DNA of 57,851 nt from Chloroflexota bacterium (GTDB lineage: Bacteria; Chloroflexota; Limnocylindria; QHBO01). The translations under genes and the position numbers were made by a program. The notes under the pieces are model-generated. The model was not told the DNA's origin and ran no database searches. It saw only the letters and a program-made list of their open reading frames with translations. Of the stretch, positions 35,741 through 44,735 are shown piece after piece; within the stretch, counting starts at the first letter, position 1; every line of letters begins with the position of its first letter. The DNA lies in NCBI GenBank assembly GCA_040002615.1, contig JBDUEE010000024.1:1-57851 (forward strand). The letters are read 5' to 3'.

Positions 35741-37821
35741 CGCTGGCCGATAACATCCCCGCCGGATCCGCGGCCGGCGAGGAGTCCGCGTGGGATACCG
35801 CTGTCTCGACCGACTCTCCATCACACTTTCGACCCGACATCGAGGGGCTGCGAGCCGTCGCCATCCTTGCGGTGCTCGCATTTCACACACGGATACCCGG
35901 ATTCTCTGGCGGCTTCGTCGGTGTGGATGTCTTCTTTGTCATCTCAGGCTTCCTGATCACCGGGCTCCTGCTGCGCGAGATCAGGGCGAGCGGACGAATC
36001 GACCTAACCGTGTTCTATGCCCGCAGGGCCAGGCGGCTCCTGCCGGCCGCCCTGGTCGTGATCGCCGTCACCGTCGCTGTGTCTGCCGTGGTCCTCTCGC
36101 CGCTGCGCTTCCCGGCCGTATCCGGGGATGGGGCGGCAGCCGCGTTGTACGTTTCGAACTACCGCTACGCGCTCGTCGCGACCGACTACTTCGCCGCCGA
36201 CGCCCAACCGTCGCCGCTGCTGCACTTCTGGTCACTGGGCGTCGAGGAGCAGTTCTATCTGTTCTGGCCGATCCTGCTGCTGTCCCTCAGCCGTCTGCTC
36301 CCGATTCGGCGCTTCTGGCCAGCAATCGCCGTCATCGCACTGGCTTCCTTCGCCGCGTCGGTGCTGGTTACCAACATCGAGATGCCGTGGGCCTTCTATT
36401 CACTTCCCACTCGCGCGTGGCAGCTGTCACTTGGAGCGCTGGTCGCACTCGGGGTGCTCGCCCTCCCAAGCCACATGCCGCGATGGTTCGGGGGCGCCCT
36501 TGGCGCGCTCGGCTTGGCGATCATCGCCACCAGCGTGATCGCCATCAATCCCACGACCCCCTACCCCGGACTGGCAGCGCTGCTCCCTGCAATGGGAGCT
36601 GCGCTGTTCATCGTGGGCGGCGATCAGCCAGGTGCCCTGCCGGCCCGTTGGTTGGCCACTGGCCCGCCGCGCTGGGTTGGCCGCATCTCGTATTCGCTCT
36701 ATCTCTGGCACTGGCCGATTCTGATCCTGGGTCCGATCATCATCGGGCAGGGGGGCCTCCGGGTGCGCATTCCGCTCGCGCTCCTGTCGATCCTTGTCGC
36801 CGCACTGAGCACGCGGTTCATCGAGACGCCTTTCCGCGCACGAGTCTGGTCTCGCGCCAGCGGCCGCACCCTCGTGCTGGCCGCCTCATTCTCGGCGGCG
36901 ATCGCGGTCGCCTCGCTCGCCGCCGCGGCCGACTTCACCCGCGATGAGCACCAGACTCCGCTACCAACCCTGGGGCCCGTGACCTCCGTCAGGCCCCAGC
37001 TGCCCGAGCCGGTGCTGGCCGGTCCGCTGCCTGACGACCTGCAGCCGACGCTGCTTGACGCCCCCAACGATCGCGGTGCGCCGGGCCTGGAAGGCTGTCG
37101 GTCTGGGATAACCGAATCCACGTTGCGTGACTGCACATACGGCGACCCATCGGCGCCGACCGTGGTTGTGTTCGGCGACTCCCACGCCTCGATGTGGCTG
37201 CCAACGGTCAGGGCTCTCGCGGACGACGCGCCATGGCGGCTCGTGCCGCTCATCAAACCCGGCTGTTCGCCGGTCGACGTGACGATCTGGCGGCGCGAGC
37301 TGCAGCGAGCGTTCCGGGAGTGCGATGCCTGGCGCGGGCTTGCCCTGCAGCGCATCCGCGAGCTGCACCCGGCCATCGTTTTCGTCACCTCATCGCGCAA
37401 CTACCAGATCGCCGACGCCGCCGGCAACCTCATCGAATCGGACATATCGGAGCTGTGGCGCACCGGCCTGGTTGGAGTCCTTGACGAGCTGCGGCAGAGC
37501 AGCGATCGCGTCGTCCTCATCGGCGAAACGCCTCACTTTCGCGACGATCCGCTGGAGTGCCTCGCCGTCCAGGGCGTCGTTGAGGAGTGCGCCGAGCCAC
37601 GAGCCGCGCTCGTCAGCACCGCGTACCAGCGCCTGGAAGAAAGTGCCGCGCGGGCGGCCGGGGCCGACCTCGTCAAGCCGATTGATTGGCTCTGCCAGAA
37701 GAACACCTGCGCCCTGATACTGGACCACTACCTCGTCTATCGAAACCCTGGCCACCTGACCGCGACTATCACCACCGTGCTCGCACCACAGCTCAGATGG
37801 GCACTCGATCACGCGGGGTAG
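35737..37821 (+). CDS. O-acyltransferase, Acyl_transf_3 plus SGNH domain (OafA-like), copy 2
   Basis: 694 aa and collinear with copy 1. The same motifs are present (FRPDIEGLRAVAILAVLAFH, VVVFGDSHASMW). The two copies are clearly diverged at the protein level. Confidence 0.85.
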   Translation: MTLADNIPAGSAAGEESAWDTAVSTDSPSHFRPDIEGLRAVAILAVLAFHTRIPGFSGGFVGVDVFFVISGFLITGLLLREIRASGRIDLTVFYARRARRLLPAALVVIAVTVAVSAVVLSPLRFPAVSGDGAAAALYVSNYRYALVATDYFAADAQPSPLLHFWSLGVEEQFYLFWPILLLSLSRLLPIRRFWPAIAVIALASFAASVLVTNIEMPWAFYSLPTRAWQLSLGALVALGVLALPSHMPRWFGGALGALGLAIIATSVIAINPTTPYPGLAALLPAMGAALFIVGGDQPGALPARWLATGPPRWVGRISYSLYLWHWPILILGPIIIGQGGLRVRIPLALLSILVAALSTRFIETPFRARVWSRASGRTLVLAASFSAAIAVASLAAAADFTRDEHQTPLPTLGPVTSVRPQLPEPVLAGPLPDDLQPTLLDAPNDRGAPGLEGCRSGITESTLRDCTYGDPSAPTVVVFGDSHASMWLPTVRALADDAPWRLVPLIKPGCSPVDVTIWRRELQRAFRECDAWRGLALQRIRELHPAIVFVTSSRNYQIADAAGNLIESDISELWRTGLVGVLDELRQSSDRVVLIGETPHFRDDPLECLAVQGVVEECAEPRAALVSTAYQRLEESAARAAGADLVKPIDWLCQKNTCALILDHYLVYRNPGHLTATITTVLAPQLRWALDHAG

Positions 37822-39008
37822 CGCGACGAGCGCTGATCCTCGTCGAGGACCTGCCCGTCCCGTTCGACCGCCGGGTATGGAGCGAGGCGACGACCCTGCA
37901 GCGTGCCGGTTGGCGAGTGACGGTGGTGTGCCCGATCGGCGAGGACGCCCGGCGCTGGCACGAGCGGCGCGACGGGATCGAGATCTTCCGCTATCCGCTG
38001 CCGACCACGGCCGCAGGCCTGCTCAACCACGTCGCCGAATACGCCATCGCCATGCCCGCCTCGCTGATCCTGTCGCTGCTGGCCTGGCGTGGGCGGCGGT
38101 TCGACATCGTTCACGCCTGCAACCCGCCGGACTTCTTCTTTCCGATCGGCCGGCTCTTCCGTGCCCTCGGCTCCGCCTTCGTCTTCGACCAGCACGACCT
38201 GGCGCCGGAGGTGTACGTCGCGCAGGGTGGGCGCAAGGGCAGCGCGATCCATCGGTTCCTGCTGTGGTCTGAGCGGCAGACCTACCGCAGCGCGGACGGC
38301 GTGATCGCCACCAACGAAACGTACCGTCGCTTCGCCATCGAGCGCGGCGGAGTGGATCCGGAGCGCGTCAGCGTCGTGCGCAGCTCGCCGGATCCGTCCC
38401 GCATATTCCCGGTCGATCCGGACGTGGCGCTCAAGGGTGGCCGCCAATTCCTGGTCTGCTACCTCGGCACGATGGGGCCACAGGACGGGGTCGACCTCTT
38501 CGTCGAAGCGGCGCGCCATATCCTTGAGCGGATGCCTGGCGAGGTGCGCTTCGTGGCGATGGGCGGCGGCAACCAGCTGGAAACGCTGCGCGCCACCGTC
38601 CAGCGGCTTGGCCTGGCCGACGATGTGGAGTTCACCGGACGCATCTCGGACGAGCAGGTGCGCCGCATGCTCGCCACGACCGACGTGGCGATCAGCCCGG
38701 ACCCGGCGAACGACTTCAACGAGTACTGCACCATGAACAAGACCCTCGAGTACATGGCGATGGGCGTGCCGGCCGTTGCCTTCGACCTCGAGGAGACGCG
38801 GGTGTCGGCGGCAGATGCCGCCCTCTACGCCCCGCCCAACGACCCGGCTGCCATGGGCGATCTGGTGGTCGAGCTGCTGCACGACCCCGCGCGGCGAGCG
38901 GCGATGGCGGAGGCGGGGCGCCAGCGGATGGCAGGGCCGCTGGCCTGGCGGGTATCGGCAGAGAACCTCCTGGCCGCATACGACCGGGCCGCCGTGCGAC
39001 GCGGCTGA
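37797..39008 (+). CDS. Glycosyltransferase family 4 (GT-B, WbuB-like)
   Basis: ORF 37686..39008 with an ATG at 37797. Motifs ILVEDLPVPFDRRVWSEATTL, YLGTMGPQDGVD and NEYCTMNKTLEYMAMGVPAV. Confidence 0.8.
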   Translation: MGTRSRGVARRALILVEDLPVPFDRRVWSEATTLQRAGWRVTVVCPIGEDARRWHERRDGIEIFRYPLPTTAAGLLNHVAEYAIAMPASLILSLLAWRGRRFDIVHACNPPDFFFPIGRLFRALGSAFVFDQHDLAPEVYVAQGGRKGSAIHRFLLWSERQTYRSADGVIATNETYRRFAIERGGVDPERVSVVRSSPDPSRIFPVDPDVALKGGRQFLVCYLGTMGPQDGVDLFVEAARHILERMPGEVRFVAMGGGNQLETLRATVQRLGLADDVEFTGRISDEQVRRMLATTDVAISPDPANDFNEYCTMNKTLEYMAMGVPAVAFDLEETRVSAADAALYAPPNDPAAMGDLVVELLHDPARRAAMAEAGRQRMAGPLAWRVSAENLLAAYDRAAVRRG

Positions 39009-39024
39009 CGCGCATACTCGGGCC

Positions 39025-39561
39025 ATGGCCGATGCGCGTCCTCCGATCGAGGTGATCGTCGAGATCCCGTCCGGCAGCCGCAACAAGTACGAGTACGACC
39101 ATGCCGGGCATCGGTTCGTGCTGGACCGAATCCTGTACAGCAGCGTCCACTATCCGTGCGACTACGGCTTTATCGAGGGCAGCCTGGCCGATGACGGCGA
39201 TCCGCTCGATGTGCTGGTGGTGATCAGCGAGCCTACCTTTCCGGGCTGCGTGGTGCGGGCCCGGCCGGTCGGCCTGCTCGACATGAAGGACGAGAAGGGG
39301 CACGACTACAAGGTGCTGGCCGTCGCTCACGACGACCCGCGCTGGGACGGGACCGGCGGACTGCAGGACCTGTCACCGCATCGGCTGGTCGAAATAGAGA
39401 ACTTCTTCAAGATCTACAAAGCGCTGGAGGGGCGCGAGACCGATGTCTCCGGCTGGCTGGGCGTCGGCGAGGCGTGGCGGATCATCGATGCGGCGATGGC
39501 TGCCGGCCACCGCGGAACAGACAGCGCGGGCGAAGCCGCCAACCCCGGAACCTGGCGCTAG
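39025..39561 (+). CDS. ppa: Inorganic pyrophosphatase (family I)
   Basis: ORF 38776..39561 with an ATG at 39025. Motifs VIVEIPSGSRNKYEYD, YPCDYGFI, DGDPLDVLV and DEKGHDYKVLAV. Confidence 0.9.
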   Translation: MADARPPIEVIVEIPSGSRNKYEYDHAGHRFVLDRILYSSVHYPCDYGFIEGSLADDGDPLDVLVVISEPTFPGCVVRARPVGLLDMKDEKGHDYKVLAVAHDDPRWDGTGGLQDLSPHRLVEIENFFKIYKALEGRETDVSGWLGVGEAWRIIDAAMAAGHRGTDSAGEAANPGTWR

Positions 39562-40616
39562 GGCCTCAGGCTCGGCACCACGTCGTCAGGGCCCAGCAGG
39601 CTGCCCTGCGGCAGGTCGTGGGCGGCCCGCCGACCGATCACGTCGTCCAGCCGCTGCGGCGAGATGCCACCCGCCGGTCGCATCGCATCGAGGTCGGCGG
39701 CAATGAGCTCGGCGCCCGCGGCGACCGCGCGGGTGACGACCAGCGAGCGGCGTGCGAGCTGCCGTGCTTCCGCCTCCGCGGCCGCCGCAGCCTTGTCGCC
39801 TCCGCCACGGGCGTCGGCTGCCTGGCGCACCGCGACGACCATGGCGCCGAACTCGCCCGGATCCAGGCTGGCCTGGTGATCCGGGCCTGGCAGCGCACGG
39901 TCCAGGGTGAGGTGCTTCTCGATGACCGCTGCCCCCAGCGCCGCGGCGGCCACCGCCACGCCGATGCCGAGCGTGTGGTCGCTGTACCCGACCGGCACGC
40001 CGTAGCGGGCGCGCATGGCCTCCATGGCGAGCAGGTTCGCGTCGGCCGGCGCCGCTGGGTAGGCGCTGGTGCATTGCAGCAGCACCAGCGCAGGATCGCC
40101 GTGCGTCCGCAGGTCTTCCACGCTCGCGTCGATCTCCGACCACGACGCCATGCCGGTGGATAGCAGCACGGGCCTGCCAAGCGCGGCAACGGCGCGCAGC
40201 AGCACCAGGTTGGTCAGGTCGCCCGAGCCGATCTTGAACGCCGGTATGCCGAGAGTGGCAAGCAGCTGCACCGAGGCGAGATCGAACGGGGTGGAGAAGA
40301 AGACGATACCCCTCGCTGTTGCCCGCGCCTCCAGGGCAGGCCACGCATCGGCCGGCAGCTCAAGCCGGCGCAGCATCTCGAGCTGGGAGCCTGCCGGCGC
40401 CCGTTCCCGCTGGTAGGCAGCCTGCGGCGCGTCCTCGAAAACTACCGCGTCGGCCGAGAATGTCTGGAACTTGACCGCGTCGGCGCCCGCGCCGGCCGCC
40501 GCGTCAACGAGATGCAGCGCGACCTCGACCGACCCGTTGTGGTTCACACCGCCCTCGGCGATGACGAAGGGCGGCTCGTCCTCCGCGATACGCCGCCCGG
40601 CGATGTCGAGAGCCAT
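39558..40616 (-). CDS. neuB: Nonulosonic acid synthase (NeuB/LegI/PseI family, with C-terminal SAF domain)
   Basis: ORF 39558..40775. The ATG at 40616 lies just after the neuC-like stop. Motif PFVIAEGGVNHNGSVEVALHLVDAAAGAGADAVKFQTF. The C-terminal SAF-like segment is RRSLVVTRAVAAGAELIAADL. Confidence 0.85.
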   Translation of the reverse strand: MALDIAGRRIAEDEPPFVIAEGGVNHNGSVEVALHLVDAAAGAGADAVKFQTFSADAVVFEDAPQAAYQRERAPAGSQLEMLRRLELPADAWPALEARATARGIVFFSTPFDLASVQLLATLGIPAFKIGSGDLTNLVLLRAVAALGRPVLLSTGMASWSEIDASVEDLRTHGDPALVLLQCTSAYPAAPADANLLAMEAMRARYGVPVGYSDHTLGIGVAVAAAALGAAVIEKHLTLDRALPGPDHQASLDPGEFGAMVVAVRQAADARGGGDKAAAAAEAEARQLARRSLVVTRAVAAGAELIAADLDAMRPAGGISPQRLDDVIGRRAAHDLPQGSLLGPDDVVPSLRP

Positions 40617-40626
40617 GCGAGACGGG

Positions 40627-41754
40627 CTATTCATCGGCCTTACGGAGGAGTCGATCGTCGATGGGCTGCGCCGCGATGACGGACGCAAGCCTGGGCGCGG
40701 CCTGCCCGTCACCGTACGGCGACGTGCCAGAAAGGGAGGCGCGGAATTCCGGCGAGATAGCGCGTGCGATCGCATGCTCTATCGCTCGTTGCTTCGGTGC
40801 GGCATCCACGACGTTATCGCCCTGGAGCCGTCCTTCCTGACGACTCCCGATGTTCACGGCTGGGACCCGGAGCAGCGGCGCTTCGATGATCCCGGCGGAC
40901 GAATTGCCAACCAGCGCCGCGGCCGTGGCGAGGAGCACAGCGAAGTCCGGCCTGGGCACCGACGCATATGCGGGGATCCCGGCCGACCGCAGCTGCTCGG
41001 CCATCGCTCGTCCGCCGGCGTCCGTGTTTGGCAGGATCGCGAGCCGGGGCCGGCCGATCGCCGCGGTTGCCGCCAGCGTCTCCCGCATGTCTGCCGCAGC
41101 GTCGCGTGACGCGCGCGTCTCCGGGTGCTGGAGGATCAGGAGGTGACCGCCTTCGACCGGCAAACCGTACCGTCGGAGCACGGCTGCGGCGGGACGAGAG
41201 CTGAGATCCTCGAGGTCGTCCAGTCCAGGCGAGCCGGCCATGTGAATCCGCCAATTCGCTTCGCCCAGGCGCCGCAGGCGGTCGGCAGCGGCCTCCGAGC
41301 CAGGAAAGTGCAGGTGTGCCGCGCGCGTGATCATGTCGCGCTGGCTGTCGTCGACCGCGCCCAATGTCCTGTCGCCACCCGCAAGGTGGGCGACTGCCAC
41401 CGGGAAATGGATCGCGGCGAGGACAGCACCCAGCTGCTCGCCACGATCCCCCAGGACAAGCAGCCAATCGGGACGCTCGCGCCGCACGACCGGGGCGATG
41501 CCCTCGATCGCCGCACCCACGGCCCTTGCCATGTCCTCCGGCCCATCGCCCGGGGGGATGGTCGGCACTTCGGCCGCGATCTCGAATCCGGCCGAACGCA
41601 CCTCCCGCGCCGTATCACCGAACCCCTCAGCGAGATGCATCGCCGTGACCAGGAGCCTTGGATGAAGGTCGGGGTGCTCCGTGACGGCCCGGAGTACCGG
41701 CAGCCACAGCCCAAAGTCCGCACGCGTGCCGGTGACGATCAGCAGCTGCCGCAC
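40627..41754 (-). CDS. neuC: UDP-sugar 2-epimerase (hydrolysing), NeuC/LegG family
   Basis: 375 aa. Motifs LIVTGTRADFGLWLPVL, LVLGDRGEQLGAVLAA, VAHLAGGDRTLGAVDDSQRDMITRAAHLHF. Confidence 0.85.
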   Translation of the reverse strand: MRQLLIVTGTRADFGLWLPVLRAVTEHPDLHPRLLVTAMHLAEGFGDTAREVRSAGFEIAAEVPTIPPGDGPEDMARAVGAAIEGIAPVVRRERPDWLLVLGDRGEQLGAVLAAIHFPVAVAHLAGGDRTLGAVDDSQRDMITRAAHLHFPGSEAAADRLRRLGEANWRIHMAGSPGLDDLEDLSSRPAAAVLRRYGLPVEGGHLLILQHPETRASRDAAADMRETLAATAAIGRPRLAILPNTDAGGRAMAEQLRSAGIPAYASVPRPDFAVLLATAAALVGNSSAGIIEAPLLRVPAVNIGSRQEGRLQGDNVVDAAPKQRAIEHAIARAISPEFRASLSGTSPYGDGQAAPRLASVIAAQPIDDRLLRKADE

Positions 41755-41857
41755 TCAGGTCTCCGATCCGGGATGGTCGTCCACGATCACGCCGCTATCC
41801 TAGGTCTGCCCAGGCAACGGCATCCTTCCGTCATGCAGCGGGGCCCGACACGGGTGA

Positions 41858-42553
41858 ATGATGGAGTCCTACCGACGTGGCGCGCGCGTGGTCATCCTTG
41901 GTGCCGGCGGCCATGCTCGCGAAGTCCTCGATGTCTATGACGCCTGCAACGAGGCCGGATGGGGACCGCTCGAGGTGCTTGGCTTCCTCGACGATGACCG
42001 GCAACCTGGTGACAGGGTCAGCTCGCTCACGATTCTCGGCGGCATCGATTGGCTCGGCGACCACACCGATGTCCTTGCAATCTGCGGCATCGGCGACCCC
42101 GTGGTGCGTCGAAGAGTCGTGAAGCGCGCCGGCGAGCAAGGAGCCAGCTTTCACACGGTCGTCCATCCAACCGCACTGCTCACGAGCCGGGTGGAGCTCG
42201 GCCCGGGTTGCCTCATCACCGCTGGCTGCATCCTGACCAACGAAATCCAGCTGGGATCGCATGTACACCTCAACCTCGCCACGACGGTGAGCCACGATTG
42301 CCGCATCGGGGATTACGCGACCCTCGCACCGGGCGTGCACCTGGCAGGGAATGTCACGGTTGATCCGGGCGTCGACATCGGCGTTGGAGCGTCGGTGATC
42401 CAGCAACGGCGCATCGGAGCGGGCGCGGTCATCGGCGCCGGGGCCGTCGTGACAGACGACATCCCGCCCGACGCGGTGGCCGTCGGCGTCCCGGCCCGCG
42501 TGGTGAAAACGCGAAGCCCGGGTTGGGGAGACGTGGATCGAACAGGCGGCTAA
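41858..42553 (+). CDS. neuD: Hexapeptide-repeat N-acetyltransferase, NeuD/PglD/LegH family
   Basis: 231 aa. N-terminal Rossmann-like VVILGAGGHAREVLDVY. C-terminal left-handed beta-helix hexapeptide repeats (IGDYATLAPGVHLAGNVTVDPGVDIGVGASV). Confidence 0.8.
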   Translation: MMESYRRGARVVILGAGGHAREVLDVYDACNEAGWGPLEVLGFLDDDRQPGDRVSSLTILGGIDWLGDHTDVLAICGIGDPVVRRRVVKRAGEQGASFHTVVHPTALLTSRVELGPGCLITAGCILTNEIQLGSHVHLNLATTVSHDCRIGDYATLAPGVHLAGNVTVDPGVDIGVGASVIQQRRIGAGAVIGAGAVVTDDIPPDAVAVGVPARVVKTRSPGWGDVDRTGG

Positions 42554-43578
42554 CCGATGGTCGGCAGCTGGTCTGGGCGGAGCCACCCAGCGCGATCGAG
42601 AAGCTCGCGCAGCTCCGGCCGCGACAGGAGCGGCTCCTCACCACGGCCACCGTCAATCGCTCCACCGCGTCGATCGGCATGGGGTGGCCCGTGGACGACA
42701 AACATGCCGTCCACGTCCTCGGCCAGCCGCGCCTCGTCGTCGGTCAGCAGCATCTCGTGTCGCTTCTCTCCTGCCCTGGCGCCGATGGTCAGCACCTCGA
42801 TCTCGTCGGTGCGGAAACCGTACGTGGGCGCATACGCCTCGACCAGGACCTCCACCAGGTCACCCACACGCACGCGCGGCATCTTCAGGATGAAGACCTC
42901 GCCGCCCTGCATGCGGCCCATGGCATCGAAGCACAGCCGAACCGCGTCGTCGATCGGCATCATGTAGCGGCTCATCTCCGGGTCCGTCAGCGTCACCGGA
43001 CCGCCGGCCGCCACCTGGTTGCGGATGAGCGGCACCAGCGATCCGCGCGAGCCGATCACATTGCCGAATCGCACCGACGCGAAGCGGGTCGGGGCGGCGC
43101 CCTTGTACTTCTCCGCCGCGGACAGCAGCCGCTCCGCCAGCAGCTTGGTGGCACCCATCACGTTGGTCGGGTCGACGGCCTTGTCGGTGCTGATGCCCAG
43201 CACCCGCTCGACGCCGGCATCGAGCGCCGCCTCGACCACGTTCTGCGCGCCGCGCACATTGGTCTCGGTGGCCTCGAATGGGTTGAACTCGCAGGCCGGG
43301 ACGTGCTTCATGGCCGCAACGTGGAAGACGAGCTCGACCCCCGACATGGCCCGGGTCATCCGTTCGCGGCTGCGCACGTCGCCGATCAGCATCCGCAGCT
43401 CGGGAGCGTCGCGATGACGCTGCGCCAGGTCGAATTGCTTCGAATCGTCGCGGGACACAACGCGCAGGGCTCGTGGTCCCAGCGGCAGCAGGCTGGCGAC
43501 GATATGCGACCCGATCGAGCCCGTGCCGCCGGTCACCAGCACGGTGCGATCGCTGAACAGGGCGCGATGGTCGGTCAT
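42550..43578 (-). CDS. NAD(P)-dependent nucleotide-HexNAc 4,6-dehydratase (PseB/LegB/CapD-like, Polysacc_synt_2)
   Basis: 342 aa. Motifs VLVTGGTGSIGSHIV, HVAAMKHVPACEFNPFEATETNVRGAQNV and STDKAVDPTNVMGATK. Confidence 0.85.
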   Translation of the reverse strand: MTDHRALFSDRTVLVTGGTGSIGSHIVASLLPLGPRALRVVSRDDSKQFDLAQRHRDAPELRMLIGDVRSRERMTRAMSGVELVFHVAAMKHVPACEFNPFEATETNVRGAQNVVEAALDAGVERVLGISTDKAVDPTNVMGATKLLAERLLSAAEKYKGAAPTRFASVRFGNVIGSRGSLVPLIRNQVAAGGPVTLTDPEMSRYMMPIDDAVRLCFDAMGRMQGGEVFILKMPRVRVGDLVEVLVEAYAPTYGFRTDEIEVLTIGARAGEKRHEMLLTDDEARLAEDVDGMFVVHGPPHADRRGGAIDGGRGEEPLLSRPELRELLDRAGWLRPDQLPTIG

Positions 43579-44723
43579 GCCACCCCCTGGACGCGGGCGC
43601 TATCCACCAATGCATCGCACACGCGATCGATCTCGTCGTCGGTCAGGCGCGACGAGAACGGAAGGGCAAGTGTCGTCGAAGCAACCCGCTCGGTGACCGG
43701 GAAGTCGCCCGGGCGGTGACCGAAGCGCTCGCGATAGAACGGCTGCAGATGGATCGGGCTGAAATAGGGACGGCTCGCCACGCCGGCCGCCTCCAGCTGG
43801 CCGATGAGCCGATCCCGGTCGATCCTGGCATCGAGGCGGACGACGTACAGGAACCAGTCCACCTCGGCCTGCGGCAGTGGACGGGGCAGCCGGAGCCAAT
43901 CGCGGCCGGCCAGGCGCTGACCGTAGGCGGCGACCACGCGATCGCGGCCGGCCTTGAGCTCCGCCCGACGGCGCAGCTGAGCGACGCCAAGGGCCGCGCT
44001 CATCTCGTCGAGCCGGTAGTTGAAGCCAAGCTGGACGTGCCGCAGCCAGGTACCGTCATCGTCGCGACCCTGGTTTCGCATGCTGCGCATGCCGCGCGCC
44101 ATGCCGTCATCCGAGGTGACGACCATGCCGCCCTCGCCCGTCGTGATCTGTTTGTTGGGATAGAAGGCAAAGACCGAAATATCCCCCCACGAACCAACCG
44201 GCCGGCCGGCCACGCTCGAACCGAGTGCCTCGCATGCGTCCTCGACGACCCGCTGCTGCCTCGAGGCGGCCAGCGATGCGAGCTGGTCGAGCTGGCTCGG
44301 GTGGCCGAACACGTCGACCGGCAGGAACGCCCGGCTCCGGGTCGTCAGCGCCGCCTCCGCCCTCTCTGGATCGAGGCCAAGCGTCTCCTCCTCGATATCG
44401 GCAAAGACCGGGGTGGCACCCTCGAACAGGACGCAGTTGGCACTGGCCACGAAACTGAAGGGGGTGGTGACCACCTCGTCACCGGGACCGATGCCCAGCG
44501 CGCGGATGGCCAGGTGCAGTCCGGCGGTGCCGCTGCTGACAGCGATCCCGTACCGGTGACCGGCAAGCGCGGCGATCCCCTGCTCGAACTCCTCGACGAA
44601 GGGACCCATCGAAAGGACGTCGCTGTGCAGCACCTGGAGAACCAGCTCCTCTTCGAGCTCGCCGACATTCGGCTGGGCCAGGGGAATCTGCCGCCGGGTC
44701 GCGGGTCGTGCCAGGTCGGTCAT
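43575..44723 (-). CDS. DegT/DnrJ/EryC1-family PLP-dependent sugar aminotransferase (LegC/PseC/PglE-like)
   Basis: 382 aa. Motifs AVSSGTAGLHLAIRALGIGPGDEV and FAFYPNKQITTGEGGMVV (PLP lysine region). Confidence 0.85.
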   Translation of the reverse strand: MTDLARPATRRQIPLAQPNVGELEEELVLQVLHSDVLSMGPFVEEFEQGIAALAGHRYGIAVSSGTAGLHLAIRALGIGPGDEVVTTPFSFVASANCVLFEGATPVFADIEEETLGLDPERAEAALTTRSRAFLPVDVFGHPSQLDQLASLAASRQQRVVEDACEALGSSVAGRPVGSWGDISVFAFYPNKQITTGEGGMVVTSDDGMARGMRSMRNQGRDDDGTWLRHVQLGFNYRLDEMSAALGVAQLRRRAELKAGRDRVVAAYGQRLAGRDWLRLPRPLPQAEVDWFLYVVRLDARIDRDRLIGQLEAAGVASRPYFSPIHLQPFYRERFGHRPGDFPVTERVASTTLALPFSSRLTDDEIDRVCDALVDSARVQGVA

Positions 44724-44735
44724 GCGGTCGCCATT

